A stretch of DNA of 61,222 bases, counting the filler, from Chiloscyllium plagiosum (Eukaryota), in assembly GCF_004010195.1 (NCBI RefSeq). It is 3 parts of one record of this genome, joined end to end, with 100 filler letters (N's around TTAATTAATTAA, not from the genome) between each part and the next. Parts side by side here need not be neighbours in the genome. Positions count along the whole stretch, not along the records: positions 31,066 to 52,904 come from NC_057712.1; 2 more parts are not named here. The stretch is one strand, 5' to 3'. This document shows, in pieces, positions 36,266 to 48,816 of this stretch. Position numbers and translations under genes: made by a program. The notes under the pieces were generated by a model, which ran no database searches, was not told where the DNA came from, and saw only the letters and a list, made by a program, of their open reading frames with translations. The first letter of the stretch is position 1. The number at the start of each line of letters is the position of its first letter.

Positions 36266-37779
36266 TCTTAAATTAATACAATGGAATATACAGGAACACA
36301 CTAGTATTTAAAATTATGCTAATAATTGGATTACCACGATTAGACAATACCTTACTAACCCACATAAAACAACAGTGTTTAATTTTACACTCTGAATCAG
36401 AATTCCTACTCATGAGGTTCCAATGCAGTGGCACCACCAGCCTACACTTGTGCTGCCTTCATTCTGATATGAATCGCGAATGTGGATTAGAAATGGAAAA
36501 TGACAGAAACCATGTCTGGCGTGGGAAGGATAAGTTTTTTTTCTATGTATGAGTGATATAAGCTCTGCAAGGAATAATTCTACTAATCACACCCTTTTGT
36601 GGTACAGGATGAAGACATTTGTAATCATAGTAACCTGCATGTGAAATGTATGCAGTATGCATACATGGGATACAAATCCTATGTGGGGTACAATCATCTT
36701 TGGTCTTTTGGTTATTGATACTTTAATCCCCTCCCTGCTCGCTATGTTGGAACTTTGGGGCTTCGGGGCTTATGCTCACCACTCAGAACATGGTTTTGAA
36801 GTGCGCCTGACTGTTCTGGCTCCCCATACCCAGAGTCTGGATGAAGAGTTCGGACTCTGAAGTTCTCAGTTGGGGTTGAGTCAGTTGATGTGTTTAGATA
36901 TATGTTGGGTCTACCGACTAAGTACCTGGTTTTGTCTACTTTTGCTGGTTTGGTGAGCCCAGTTTTCACCTCAGGTAGTGCGTGAGAACTTGTCATTCAA
37001 GTCGCTTTTTGCTTCGAATTGTTGGTCTTCTAATGGTTGTGGGTGGTTGTTGAGGTTCACGCTGTTGGTGTTGTTGGTTCGGAAAGCCCTGAGTTTGACA
37101 GCACTTATTTGGATTTCTCCAATTGGCTTTCTCCTTTCAGATGTCTTTTGTTACAATGAGGTTTGGTTTGGATTCCCTGTTTTTGGTTCAGCCTCTGTGG
37201 TTCTTTTCCGCAGCTGCTCGTGAGGGATGTCTGTGGGGAAACTTTTCATGCAGGGACTTGTTGTTGAAAAGGAACTCTCTGATGAGATCAGGGATGGCAG
37301 TTATACTAACTGAGTGCCCCATTATCTCTGTTCAAATCTGTAGTTTTCATTGAGCTTTTGATGTTCTCGTCTGAAGTTAATTGGAATATGAGTGAATGGG
37401 TTTTGATTGAGGTTAAATGTCCACAATCTCTGTAGGCCCCATAGTGTCTGCACTGTGTAGCCTGAAGCGTAAAAGCTGTCTTTGGTTAGGTTCTGTTGGT
37501 TTCAGTCGATTGTTCCTTTAGACAGGAGGTGTAAATTGGGATTCCAGGCTGAACAATAGTCCCAGTTTTTACCTAATAGTCCCAGACTGCAAAATCCATT
37601 CTGCTGGTTGTTTATGTATTACTCGCAGAACTCGGACCAGCTGTCCATTTTCTTTTTAAAGTTTTGTAAGTCCACGTCTCTGCCAAAATCCAGGATTTTG
37701 TCCATATGTTTTAATGTTGCTTGACCTTACAGTCCCTTGACTATTGCTCAGAAACCAAATTATTGATGGGAGTAATCTT

Positions 37780-40020
37780 GCTACTACAGCCATGCCTTCT
37801 TCCTCAGCACCAACCTATGCAGTCATCTTATTCCCCATGTACTCCTGACAACGTTCAAACCATCTCATTTGACCAAACCGTGATAACCGTTATCTATCGT
37901 ATCTCCAGAAATTGTTCTCTGTGCAGATCCTCAGCTCCATGCTTACAGCCGTGCACCAACATCTTCTGTCACTACAGTCAGCTCTGTTCCAGCTCTCTCT
38001 CCCAGACCTGCAAAGGACCCCTTAGAAAGATCCAAGCCGTTAACAAATGCTTTTTCTTTGCCCTATCGCACATCAAAGATCGTAAGTACACCAAAATCTT
38101 TCATACTTGCCTCCTGTCACAGACCACCTCCAACACTCTGGACCCTAACCCTATCCCTGGCCGCCTCCTCGATCTACCCAACACAATTAACCATCCGGTT
38201 GCTCAGCTTCTTCCACTGATGATGATGACACCATTTCCACTGACGCCGCTGCTGACGTCATTTCCGCTGACCGTGTCGTGGCCGATCACACTGCTTCCCC
38301 CGGATGCAGCTGACCACGTTGCTTACACTGATGGGGCCGATCACGCTGCTTTGCCGGATGCAGTTGACCATGTGACGACTGTTGACACTGCCGGTCTCAT
38401 TGCTATTTTGGCGTCTGTCTACGTGTTTGTTTCTACACATGTACCCACGCCAGAGGCAATCTCCACCCCAACTGCTAATTCCAGATTAACATCAAGCCTT
38501 AGCCCCAAATCCCAGCCAGGTATTCACCATCCAGCATCCCCCACCCCCCTCCCCCTGACCTCCCCCTCATTTAAGATGAACAGTCCGCCATCAGCAAAGG
38601 ACTCACCTTCATTCCCCTACGCGCATTTGTCAACAAGTTTTGCACGTCTAGGTGTCAAACTCTTTTTTAACATTTCCACTGATTCTGCCTTTGTGCCTAC
38701 TTCTTCAAAAGTGAATCTAACCCACCCTCTGAAGACTCCTTTCCTGTTTCCAAAACATCCCATCCTCCTGGCCATCCCCTTTTGGCCTCCTGTTGTCCCT
38801 TGATCTCTTTATCTTCAATTGCCGTCATGACATCAATCGCCAGAATCTCTCCACCCGTCTCACCTACTCCAACCTCTCCCTACCAGAATGCACGCTGTCT
38901 GCTCCAACCCCAACCTCAATATTAAACCCACTGCCTTTAAACCCCCTCTTTCCCCCCCCACCCCCCCCAACCACAATAAGGATAGATTCCTTTACTTCTC
39001 ACATACCAAATCTCTAAATCCAACGCATCATCCTCTACCATTTTCAACACCTTCAGTCAGACCCCACTCCAAAAAGATATTTCCTTCCTTCCCCATTCAC
39101 CCCACCCATCTGCTTTCCATAGCGATGGTTCACTCTGTGACTCTGTCGTCAGTTCTACATTCCCCACCAATCTCTCCACACCTGGCACCTTTCTCTGCCA
39201 CTGCAGGGAGTGCAGCACCTGCTCCTATACCTCCCCTTTCCCCTCCACCCAAGACCCCAAACAATCATTCCAAATCTTGCAGAGATTCATCTGCACTACT
39301 TCTAACCTGGCCTATTGCATCCATTGCTCCCAATGTGATCTCCTCTACTGGTCACTGGTTTAGAAGATGCAGTTGGACCAACCTCAGTGAGTCACTGCAG
39401 TTGATCTTGTAGGTATGGAGGGACCAAGCGCAGACTCAGGGACTGGTTCGTGGAACATCTGCACTCTGTACACTGTAATCACGCCACCTTCCAGTTGCCA
39501 GCCATTTCAATTCCCTCTCACACTCCTTCAGCGAAATGACCATCTTGGGTCTCCTCCACTGTCAAAATGAGGCCACACGCAAACTGCACGAACAACACCT
39601 CATAATCTGCCTCAGGAGCTTGCAGCCCAGTGGACTGAGCATGAGTTCATCTGTTTCAAAATCTTTCCAGCCCCAACCTCATTCCAGGTCCAGCCCTCCC
39701 TCTCCTCACTGCCTTCTTGACCTGAGCTGACCTCATCTAACCTGTCCATCTTCCTTCCCACCTATCCACTCCACGATTCCCACTGACCAATCACAATAAT
39801 CCCCTACCTGCATCCACCTATCACCATCCTATCTACCTTTCCTGCATCCACTTAACACCATCCCAACTATCTTTCCCCCAGCCCCACTCCCTCTCTGAGC
39901 TCCCTTCCCCTTCCCCTTCCTCAGTCCTGACAAAGGATCCTGATCCAAAACACCAACTTTCCTGCTCCTCTGATACTGTCTGACCGGCTGTGTTTTTCCA
40001 GCTCCACATTTTATCAACTA
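37780..40020 (+). mobile_element. Penelope-like element, internally deleted (N-terminal region and GIY-YIG; RT core apparently missing)
   Basis: SAISKGLTFIPL at ~38585-38620; YCIHCSQCDLLY...VEHL...PVASHFNS at 39310-39515; ILGLLHCQNEATRKLHEQHLI; family-A-like terminal repeat at ~39920-40015. Confidence 0.8.
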
Positions 40021-40389
40021 TTGCTCATTGGATGTTGCTTGACCAGTTGGTCCATAACTGGCTTATCATTGAACAGTGGTTTCTTGACTTTGAGTCCTTC
40101 CATCATTTGAGTAAGGTTCAAATCAAAACTCACATTGATGTTCCAGGGCGAGATTTCCTTGAAGTGTGAAGTCCTTCACGAGATAAGTTTGCTACATAGT
40201 AGTAAATAATTAGTCGTAGTATACCTTTTAATCTTCAGTGCTATGCCTCCTGCATGATGACTTGAATGGCATCCTCTGCATTGCTGTAGGCTGTAAATGG
40301 TGATTCTTCAATCATGGTGCACCATCTGATAATATGGCTTAAAATTTGTGAGATCGCTATTAATTTAAATATTCAATGTCTATTATATT

Positions 40390-40760
40390 CGTTCATGGGA
40401 TGTGGGCATTATTAGCTAGGCCATCATTTCTTGTACATCCCTAATTGCCCAGGAGAAAGTGGCAGTGAGCTACCTTCTTGAATGTTGCAGTCCCTAGGGG
40501 GGACACAGTGCTGGAAGAGAGGGAGTTTCAGGATTTTGAGCCAGTGGCAATATAGTTCCAAGCCAGGATGGCGTGTGACATGGAGGGGCACTTGCACGTG
40601 GTGGTGTTCCCATGCATTTGCTATTATGTCCTTCTAAGTTCTAGTGGTCACTTGTTTAGAAGATGCAGTTGGACCAACCTCAGTGAGTCACTGCAGTTGA
40701 TCTTGTAGATATGGCAGCAGTGTGTACTATCTTTCGGTGATGAAGGGAGTGAGTGTTATA
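40390..40760 (-). mobile_element. Old CR1-group 3' fragment
   Basis: catccctaattgccc...gagctaccttcttgaa family, also present at ~10890, ~29480 and ~50530. Confidence 0.65.
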
Positions 40761-41214
40761 GGTAGTGTGAGTAGTGCCAATTTCTTGATGTCCCATCCAA
40801 AGGAGGTTTTCTCTCTAATCTTCCAGGATATAGCTTTGTTAAATAACTTGACAATGTCAACTCATTTAAAGCTTTATGGACATCATATGTTGTCATTCAG
40901 ACTACCTGTATTCACTGACAATATCAATGCGAAATGATGGTCCATCTATAACTGCTATTCCTTCTCCAAACAAATGAGATTTTCTTTGTCTCATTCCAAA
41001 AGATTATTGCAGCCAGAGAATCTTTTTCTGCTGCTGTGCCATTAACTCTGGAAAACCTCTGATTTGGTCACCTCCTATTTCTCATCTACATAATGCCCCC
41101 AGAAACATAATTTTGAAAACAGAAAGAAATGTTGCTCAACAGCCAATACTTACCATCTGGGCTGAATGGCCTCCTTTTGTCTTGTGGTATTTCTGTGATA
41201 AATATGGGAAATTA

Positions 41215-41910
41215 TGAAACCATTCTCATCGATTGTTACTGATTCTACCTGCGACTGAACCAGATGGGTCACAGCCTTGGTTGTCTATTTGACACTGAGC
41301 CAAACTACCAACCCCACATTCTCTTTCTAACTGAGGAAACCATTGCCCATCTTTTCTGCAGGCTCAGCTTATATGGTGTAAACCTCATTCACATCTTTAT
41401 TCTCTCCAGAACTGACTATTCAAGTGTTCTCCTGCTCAGCCATAAATCTGTCATGAACCTGAACTAATCACAAACACTGCTGCCTTTGTCTTACTCCATA
41501 TTACAGCTCATTCACCTATCAACCTGACCTTGATGACCTACAAAAGCGCCATGGTTTTAAAAATTCTTATTCTACTTGTAAGATTTTCCATGGTCTCATC
41601 CCTCAATCTCTGCCATATCTTCCAATCCCACAATCTTTTGTCATTACACTTCTCTGACTCTGGCCTCCTGTATGTCCATAAATTATACTGCTCTGCTATC
41701 AGCTGGGCTGTCGGCTACCTGTGCCCACCGAAATTTCATATTTTATTGCTCCAGTTTGTTACTCCTTGCTTGTCCTTTTAATTTGTTTTTTTTAAACTAC
41801 CCAATAGAGCAGCCTGCTCGTCACCTGACCCAATTCCTCTTTATGTGGTTCACTGTCAGATTTTGTCTGATAGTGAGCTTGTGAAATTCCAAGAAACACG
41901 TCTGCTTTAA
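41215..41910 (+). mobile_element. L2-like LINE 3' fragment
   Basis: ctcattcacatctttattctctccagaactgactattcaagtgttctc (LIH.FI.SR.DY.S.LL) and caaacactgctgcc (QN.AA). Confidence 0.6.
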
Positions 41911-43141
41911 AAATGCAATGTGTTGGTGTAATCTGCTCAAATATTTCAACCAAATTGCATCAGATGCTGTGTTTAGAACCTCCAATAACCTTTTCTCAAT
42001 GAAGGTGTTCCTACAATTCATCTGTAATGACCTTTTGAGCAATTTGCTTGTCGTCAGTTATGCTGGTGGGTGTGCAATTTCCTAACTTATTGGTCTTTTA
42101 AAATATTGGCACCATGTGTTAGTCCATGGTATTCAGCACATTATTAAATATATGATAACGGGATTGTTTCTTGCAGCAATCTGTGTGAATGGCATTATGT
42201 TCAACAGCATGAATTTATTTTTTGACGCAAAAACAGAAATTGTTGGAAAAGCTCAACAGATCTGTCAGCATCTGTGAAGAGAAATCAGAGTTAATGTTTC
42301 CGGTCTGGTGACCTTTCCTCAGAACGGTTTACGTTTTTTTAAATTCTCTTAATCTAGATTACATTCATCTTCAGTTTGCATTTTGAACTTTAGTATCATA
42401 TGATACATTGTTGTCTTCTGTAGTGAAGACACATGCACAATTTCCATCTAAAATCTCTGTTCTGAGAGTTGACCGAAATCGGATCCGATGAATTGGTTAA
42501 TGAATTTCTGCCTCTTGAAAAAATATATTTATTATTACCACTGTAATTATCTGCAGGGTCCAAATGACTGTTCTGATATCCATATGCAGTGCATTTTAAC
42601 ATGATCATATTGAAAACAGAACAGGCTCAAAGAGAACAATGGCCTACAGCAGTTCCTATTTCCATTGTTTCTATGTTTAATAGTATTCTCCTGAGAGCTT
42701 CTTTCTTCAAGACTGAAATATTTCTGCATAAGTATGATTTTTGTTTGAATAATATCAGTTAACCTGTCTGGTTAAAGATTACAATGAAACTTTTTAATTC
42801 GAGGGACATAGAGCTTTTTTTCTATTCAGAGGACGTTGTTGCAAATGTTTTCCATATTGTAAAGTTGCCTAATTAATGGGGGTTGGTTAGTTTCCTTCAT
42901 AACACTAGTCCTTTTATAGTCTAGCTCTAGTATAAAAGTTTGACCAGTTAGCCTGATAATGTTTAAATGGGAATATGGTCTATATCTCACTGTTTAATTG
43001 AAAATTGCTGACAATTCCCAGCATATGCCATGGGAACACAACTGTGCAGGGGAATCACACACCCAATCTGCTTTGTATGGGTTTTTGTTTTATCATGTTA
43101 CATTTCTGTGCAGACTATTTTATCCTCAATATTCTACATTT

Positions 43142-45626
43142 TAAGTACCACCAGAATATTACCTGCGGCACCAGGGGCCCAAACATTTTAGACCACTGTG
43201 AAAAATGCCTACTGCTCCATTACCCGCCCTCGTTCAGGGAACTCCGACCACAATGTGTTTCTTCTCCCAGCTTACAGGCAAAAGGTCAAGCAGGAGACCC
43301 ACTCGTGGATACAGGTCCAGTGCTGGTCGGAGGAGGCAGAGGATCAACTCCGGTGCTGTCTGGAATCGGCTGATTGGATCATGTTCAAACAGTCCACAGA
43401 TACCTTGGACGAGTACGCCACCACCGTCACAGACATTATCAGCAAATGCGTGGAGGACTGCATGCCGAGGAAGTCAGTCCGGGTATTCCCCAATAGGAAA
43501 CTCCTGGATGAGTCAAGACATACAGAACCTGCTAAAAACCAGGTGTGAGGCCTTCAGATCAGAAGACCCACTCAAATATAAGGAATCCAAGTATGACTTT
43601 GGCAGAGCCATTAAGACAGCCAAGGACCAATACTGATCCAAACTCGAGACCCAGACAGACACCTGGCGACTATGGCAAGGACTGAATGACATCACAGTTT
43701 CTGAAAAGAGACAGTGCAAGATAGCAGATGATGACACATCCCTCCACATCGCCTTAATCCCTTCTATGCTCGCTTTGAGCAGAATTTAGGCAGAGAGGTA
43801 ACACCTATTCTGACAAGACCTGATGAACCTATCCCAACAGTCCCTGCCTCAGAGATCAGATCAGTTTTCCTTTGTGTGAATCCAAGGAAAGCGATGGGAC
43901 CAGCTGGAGTACCAGACCATGCACTCAGACCATGCGCAGATCAATGGACAGAGGTTTTCTCGGACATCTTCAACCTCTCCCTACAGCAGGCCACTGTCCC
44001 TGCCTGTTTCAAGAGGGCCAACATCATCCCTGTGCCTAAGAAGGCTCATGCAGCATGTCTCAATGACTACGCCCAGTGGCCCTAACTTCGATGGTCATGA
44101 AGTGCTTTGAAAGGCTGGTCATGGCATTAATTAACTCCAGCCTCCTCACTACTCAGGCAAACTGGCGTGAGTCATCAGACCAATACATCCACGTCGGATG
44201 CCATTTCACTTGCCCTTCACTCCCCCAGAACATCTTGACACCAAGAACAGCGACATAAGAATCCTGCTCATTGACTACAGTTCAGCCTTCGACAGTATTA
44301 GTCCCTGAAATCGGATTACTAAAGTTAGTGAGATTGGACTACGCCCCACTCGCAACTGGATCCTCAGTTTCCTTACCCACCAGCCACAATCAGTGAAGAT
44401 TGGGGGCAATATTTCATCCTCACTAACATTCAACACTGGAGTCCCTCAGGGTGCGTGCTCAGCCCCCTGCTGTACTCATTGTATACCTGTGACGACATCG
44501 CCAAATACCAGACTAATGGCATTTACAGGTTCGCTGATGACACTACCTTAGTCGGTCGAATCTCAGATGGTGACAAAACAGACTACAGACGGGAGGTGAA
44601 AGACCTGGATAAATGGTGCACTAGGAACAACCTAGCTCTCAATACTGACAAAACCAAGGAACTCGTTATTGACTTTTGGCGGGATGTTGTTCACGCCCAC
44701 CTACACAGAGGTGGAACGAGTGGAGAGTGTCAAACTCCTGGGAGTTGTCATCCACACCAAGCTTTCTAGGACTCTTCATGTGGATGCACTGGTTACAAAA
44801 GCCCAACAATGTCTCTTCTTCCTCAGACAGCTGAGGAAATTTGGCATGACCGAAAATAGAGGAGAAAGTGAGGTCTGCAGATGCTGGAGATCAGAGCTGA
44901 AAATGTGTTGCTGGAAAAGCGCAGCAGGTCAGGCAGCATCCAGGGAACAGGAGAATCGACGTTTCGGGCATAAGCCCTTCTTCAGGAATGATCTTTGTAG
45001 AGGTAGGAAGAGATCATTCCTGAAGAAGGGCTTATGCCCGAAATGTCGATTCTCCTGTTCCCTGGATGCTGCCTGACCTGCTGCGCTTTTCTAGCAACAC
45101 CATTTTCAGCTCATGACAGAAAATACCCTTGCCAACTTTTATAGGTGCATCATCAAGAGCATTCTGTTTGGATGTATCATTATCTGGTGTGGCAACTGTA
45201 CCATTCAAGATCAGAGATGGTTACAGAGAGTGGTGAGCTCTGCCCGGACAATCACAAAGGCCAACCTCCCATCTATAGAATCCATCTACCAGGCCCGCTG
45301 TCAAGGAAGGGCTGCCAGCATTGTCAAAGATCCATCCCACCCTGACAATGTTTTTCTTACAACCTCCACCACCGGGGACAAGGTACAAAAGCCTGAATAC
45401 ATGCACCAGCCAGTTTCGAAACAGTTTCTACCCTACTGTTGTTCGACTACTGAATGGACTCTCAAACTCTTAACATTCGCCTGTGTCTGTGTTTTGTTTT
45501 TGCCGCTGTTTACCTATTATTTACTTATGTATGCTACTTAACTCTGTGATCTGCCAGTATTGCTCACAAGACAAAGCATTTCACTGTGCCTCGGTACACA
45601 TTACAATAAATTCAATTCAATTCAAT
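43142..45626 (+). mobile_element. Rex1/Babar LINE, 5'-truncated and frameshifted
   Basis: GNSDHNVFLLPAYRQK, NPRKAMGPAGVP, IIPVPKK...LNDY, ALTSMVMKCFERLV, LSPLLYSLYT...RFADDTT, FLRQLRKFGM; aataaa(ttcaa)n tail. Confidence 0.9.
44859..45111. mobile_element. Fold-back PLE-derived element (family A) with hammerhead motifs on both strands, inserted in the Rex1 ORF
   Basis: Arms at 44894-44994 and 45011-45112; cores at 44958-44985 (-) and 45020-45047 (+); TSD catgac[c/a]gaaaata at 44845-44858 and 45112-45125. Confidence 0.9.
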
Positions 45627-45976
45627 TGACTACATTCTAACCCACCTCCAAATCATACAACCCTTCACATTTTACTTTTTATTCCCTTTATTTTTCATAT
45701 CCTTTTCCTTCAACTCTTTTGATCCATCTCATTTCGTCACAACACCTAAATTTTTATTTCTTCTTGCTATCATATACCCAGATCCCCTTAAGCTCTCATG
45801 AACTCAAGTATGACCACAAAATTTAAATGCTTCACTATGAATGAATTAAGGGTTTTGGGCAATAAAATTGCCAATTTGTGTTCAGCAAATGTATTAAGTC
45901 AGCTTGGACTTAACCACAAAGTAGGTGGAATGTTGTACTAAGCAGTGGCTTTACATTTTGTACAGTAGGGCTAGTG

Positions 45977-46442
45977 CCTCCCTCATCTCCATCCAAGGCC
46001 CTAAAGGAGCCTTCCACATCCATCAAAGTATTACCTGCACACCCACCAATATCATGTATCGTATCCGTTGCTCCCGATGTGGTCTCCTCTACATTGGGGA
46101 GATTGGACGCCTCCTAGCAGAGAGCTTTAGGGAACATCTCTGGGACACCCGCACCAATCAATCACACCACCCTGGGGCCCAACACTTCAACTCCTCTCCC
46201 ACTCAGCCCCGAGGACATGGAGGTCCTGAACTGCCTCCACCGCCGCTCCCTCACTACCCAATGCCTGGAGGAAGAACGCTTCATCTTCCGCCTCGGAACA
46301 CTTCAACCCCAGGGCATCAATGTGGGGGCTTCTGCCCGAAACGTCGATTTTCCTGCTCCTCGGATGCTGCCTGAACTGCTGTGCTTTTCCAGCACCACTA
46401 ATCCAGAGTCTGGTTTCCAGCATCTGCAGTCATTGTTTTTAC
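45977..46442 (+). mobile_element. Penelope-like GIY-YIG fragment with terminal repeat
   Basis: YRIRCSRCGLLYIGEIGRLLAESFREHL...HFNS and LEEERFIFRLGTLQPQGIN. Confidence 0.9.
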
Positions 46443-46459
46443 CGAATTGGAGTAGTGGC

Positions 46460-46790
46460 TTGTGGATGGCTCAGTGGTTAGCGCTGGGTTCAATTCCAGC
46501 CTTGGGTTACGCTGTGTGGAGTTTGCATGTTCTCCCCATGTCTGTGTGGGTTTCCACCAGATGCTCCAGTCGCTTCCCACAGGTCCAGAAATGTGCAGAT
46601 TAGGTGGATTGGCCATGCTAAATTGCCCATAGTGTCCAGAGATTACAAACTGAATGGATTAACCATGGTAAATGTAGGGTTACAGGGATAGGGTGAGAGT
46701 CCTGATCTGGGTGGGATGTTTTTCAGAAGGTCAGTGCAGACTCAATAGGCTGAATGGCCTCTTTTCACTCTTATAAGGATTCATTGGTTT
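46460..46790 (+). mobile_element. HE1-type SINE (diverged)
   Basis: tggctcagtggttagc...ggttcaattcc...tgtggagtttgcatgttctcccc...attggccatgctaaattgccc. Confidence 0.85.
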
Positions 46791-47205
46791 ATGATTTGGT
46801 GTGTTTGCCAAACCTAATGTTTTGTGGACAAAAAGAAGTTGATTGCTTATTGCTTGGACTTCAATATGCCTAAACACTAGCTTGAAAGGCACTGAGCTGA
46901 TTATAATCAAGGCTTAATTGAAGGAGTGCTGCATTGTTGGAGCTGTCCCTTTTGGAGGAAATGGTAAACTAAGGCGACAATGTTTGAAGAAAGGGTTCTT
47001 GCAGAGTTGATAACATTCAGTGAAAACCACCGAATTCAGATAAATTCATTGCTTTGCCTTTTGTTGGAATAGTGCTGCATGCAATTTAGCAAATTTTATT
47101 TTGGCTGTGAAGAATATGGAAAGCATAAAGAAAATACATTTTCTTTTCATCTAATTAAAATATGTTAGATCTGAGGTTATCTAAAATGTAATTTTTCTTT
47201 CACAG

Positions 47206-47312
47206 CTTTATTCTTTAGCTGAAGATAGTGGAAATCCAGTGTTGGAGTTTGTCATTCCACATGATGCAGCTGATGGATTTATAAATAACAAACGTGAAAG
47301 CTTTAAATTTAA
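47206..47312 (+). CDS. KIF6: KIF6 coding exon 2 (LYSLAEDSGNPVLEFVIPHDAADGFINNKRESFKF-K)
   Basis: Acceptor tttttctttcacag; phase 0 start matches exon 1; GTAAGT donor at 47313 (phase 2). Matches recalled human IYSIDEDEKLIPSLEIILPRDLADGFVNNKRESYKFK. Confidence 0.95.
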
Positions 47313-48816
47313 GTAAGTATCAGCATTATTTCGCCTTCTTGCATCATGTCATTAAGTGGCAATCATCTAAACAAACTGGAAATCAAGGCTTTTATAGAAC
47401 TATTTGAGGTTTGAGGAAAAAGCTTTAGACTTCTAGCTTTATATTTATACAGAGTAATTGAATTAACTATAGGGATTGTGTTTTTGCGGATTTTGAAAGA
47501 TTAACTGTCTAATTTTATTGTCTGTATTAAACTTGAACTGGTACTAACTGCTGTGTGAGTAACTCTTTTTCAAAACGTGTAAGTATCCCCTTTATAATCT
47601 ACTTCTTGGTAGTGGCAGGGATTTCTTCTTTGTCCCAGATTTTCAGGAAGAATTAATGTGGATGACAGATGAGCTTTGTTCCTCTGCGATTAAAAATATC
47701 TGCAGGAAGTCTGTACACTCCTGCAGTTTTTCCATTCTTTGTGTTTAATGGCAGCTTCGACTTGGACCACACTTGGTGGGAGTTCAGGATAATCTTTCGG
47801 GATTCTAGGGATTTCCTCAACATGTTCTTATCTACCTTTTGTATGGTGGCTAAGCAGCTCTTTGAAGCATTCTCTTCATTGGAGGCTGATGTTTTCTTTG
47901 CCTCGCAAAAGGATTCTGTCCTAATTCCACAGTAGTTTGAGGTAGAGTGTCAGGTTTGCATATTGCCTTGCTGGCACCAAAGAAGTCCTGGCTCTTATGC
48001 TTGTTGGCTAGGAGTTGCTGCTCTTTGGCTTTCTCAGTCCACCATTGACTCCCCAAATTTTTCTTTGTAATTCTATCTTTGTTCTTTGCCTTCCTTGCTG
48101 GTGAGGTAGCTTTGCCAGGTGTGGCAAACTTTCTTTGTTTTGTTGATAATGGCTTGGATGATATGGTGGTTCTTATTGAACTAGTCTTAGTATTTCTTGA
48201 TCTTGTAGCCAACTTCAGGGATGTTCACCATCTTCAAGCAAGGACTGTGGGAGCTGCTGATGAGCCTCCCTACTGCATTGCCAGGAAGATTATCACCTAA
48301 GTCCTCATCAACCACCTTCTCTCAGTCTATGAAGAAACCCTTCCAGAAAGCTGGGTGGCTTTGATAAAATCGTGGAACTATGGACATAATTTTCACTGCT
48401 CGACGACCCCAGGAACAATACCAAATACAACATAGCCTTCATCGATCTGAACCAAGGCTTTTATTTCAGTCAGTTGGGAAGTTCTATTGAAGACCCTGTC
48501 AAGGGCTGGCTGTTTAGAGAAATTTATCAACGCTCTCTCCTGCACTCAAGATGTTGAAAATGGTCCTCACCAGTGAAACATTTAAGGTCAAGACTGGGAT
48601 CAAGCAGGGATGTATCATTGCCTCTACCTTTTCATCTCCATTTTCCTCGCCACCATCCTTCATCTTGTTAAGAACAAACCTCAGTGGTGTTAATGTTGAA
48701 ATCCAAGAAGAAGATATTGCTTGTGGAATTTCAGTATGACTATGATAACACCACCTCAGCTTACTTGGAGAGTCTTATAACCTTGCTTACTGCATTTGCG
48801 GACTGCTTACTGCCAT

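Larger units (their letters stand above)
37250..42900 (-). mobile_element. Very ancient CR1-group LINE ORF2 fossil, split by younger insertions
   Basis: Collinear hand-translated blocks: TEILDGNCACVFTTEDN (~42.4 kb), MVPIF*KTNKLGNCTPTSIT and NLVEIFEQIT (~42.0 kb), DIVKLFNKAISWKI (~40.8 kb), WDYCSAWNPNL (~37.55 kb). Confidence 0.55.

Noticed and set aside
37721..38803. Longest ORF in the window (360 aa) as a host gene
   Set aside because: Low-complexity, drifts across frames of a decayed Penelope-like element, has a TTG start and no splice context.
32900..42900. Possible endogenous virus (A-rich, coding-like minus-strand DNA of unknown type)
   Set aside because: Hand translation gave CR1-type RT blocks in the correct order (VFTTED, VPIF, NLVEIFEQIT, YCSAWNP) and no recognisable viral motif.
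42911..42938. Divergent TATA boxes (CTTTTATA...TATAAAAG near-palindrome)
   Set aside because: Short AT-rich inverted repeat at the edge of a LINE fossil, with no CpG island or downstream exon; probably chance.
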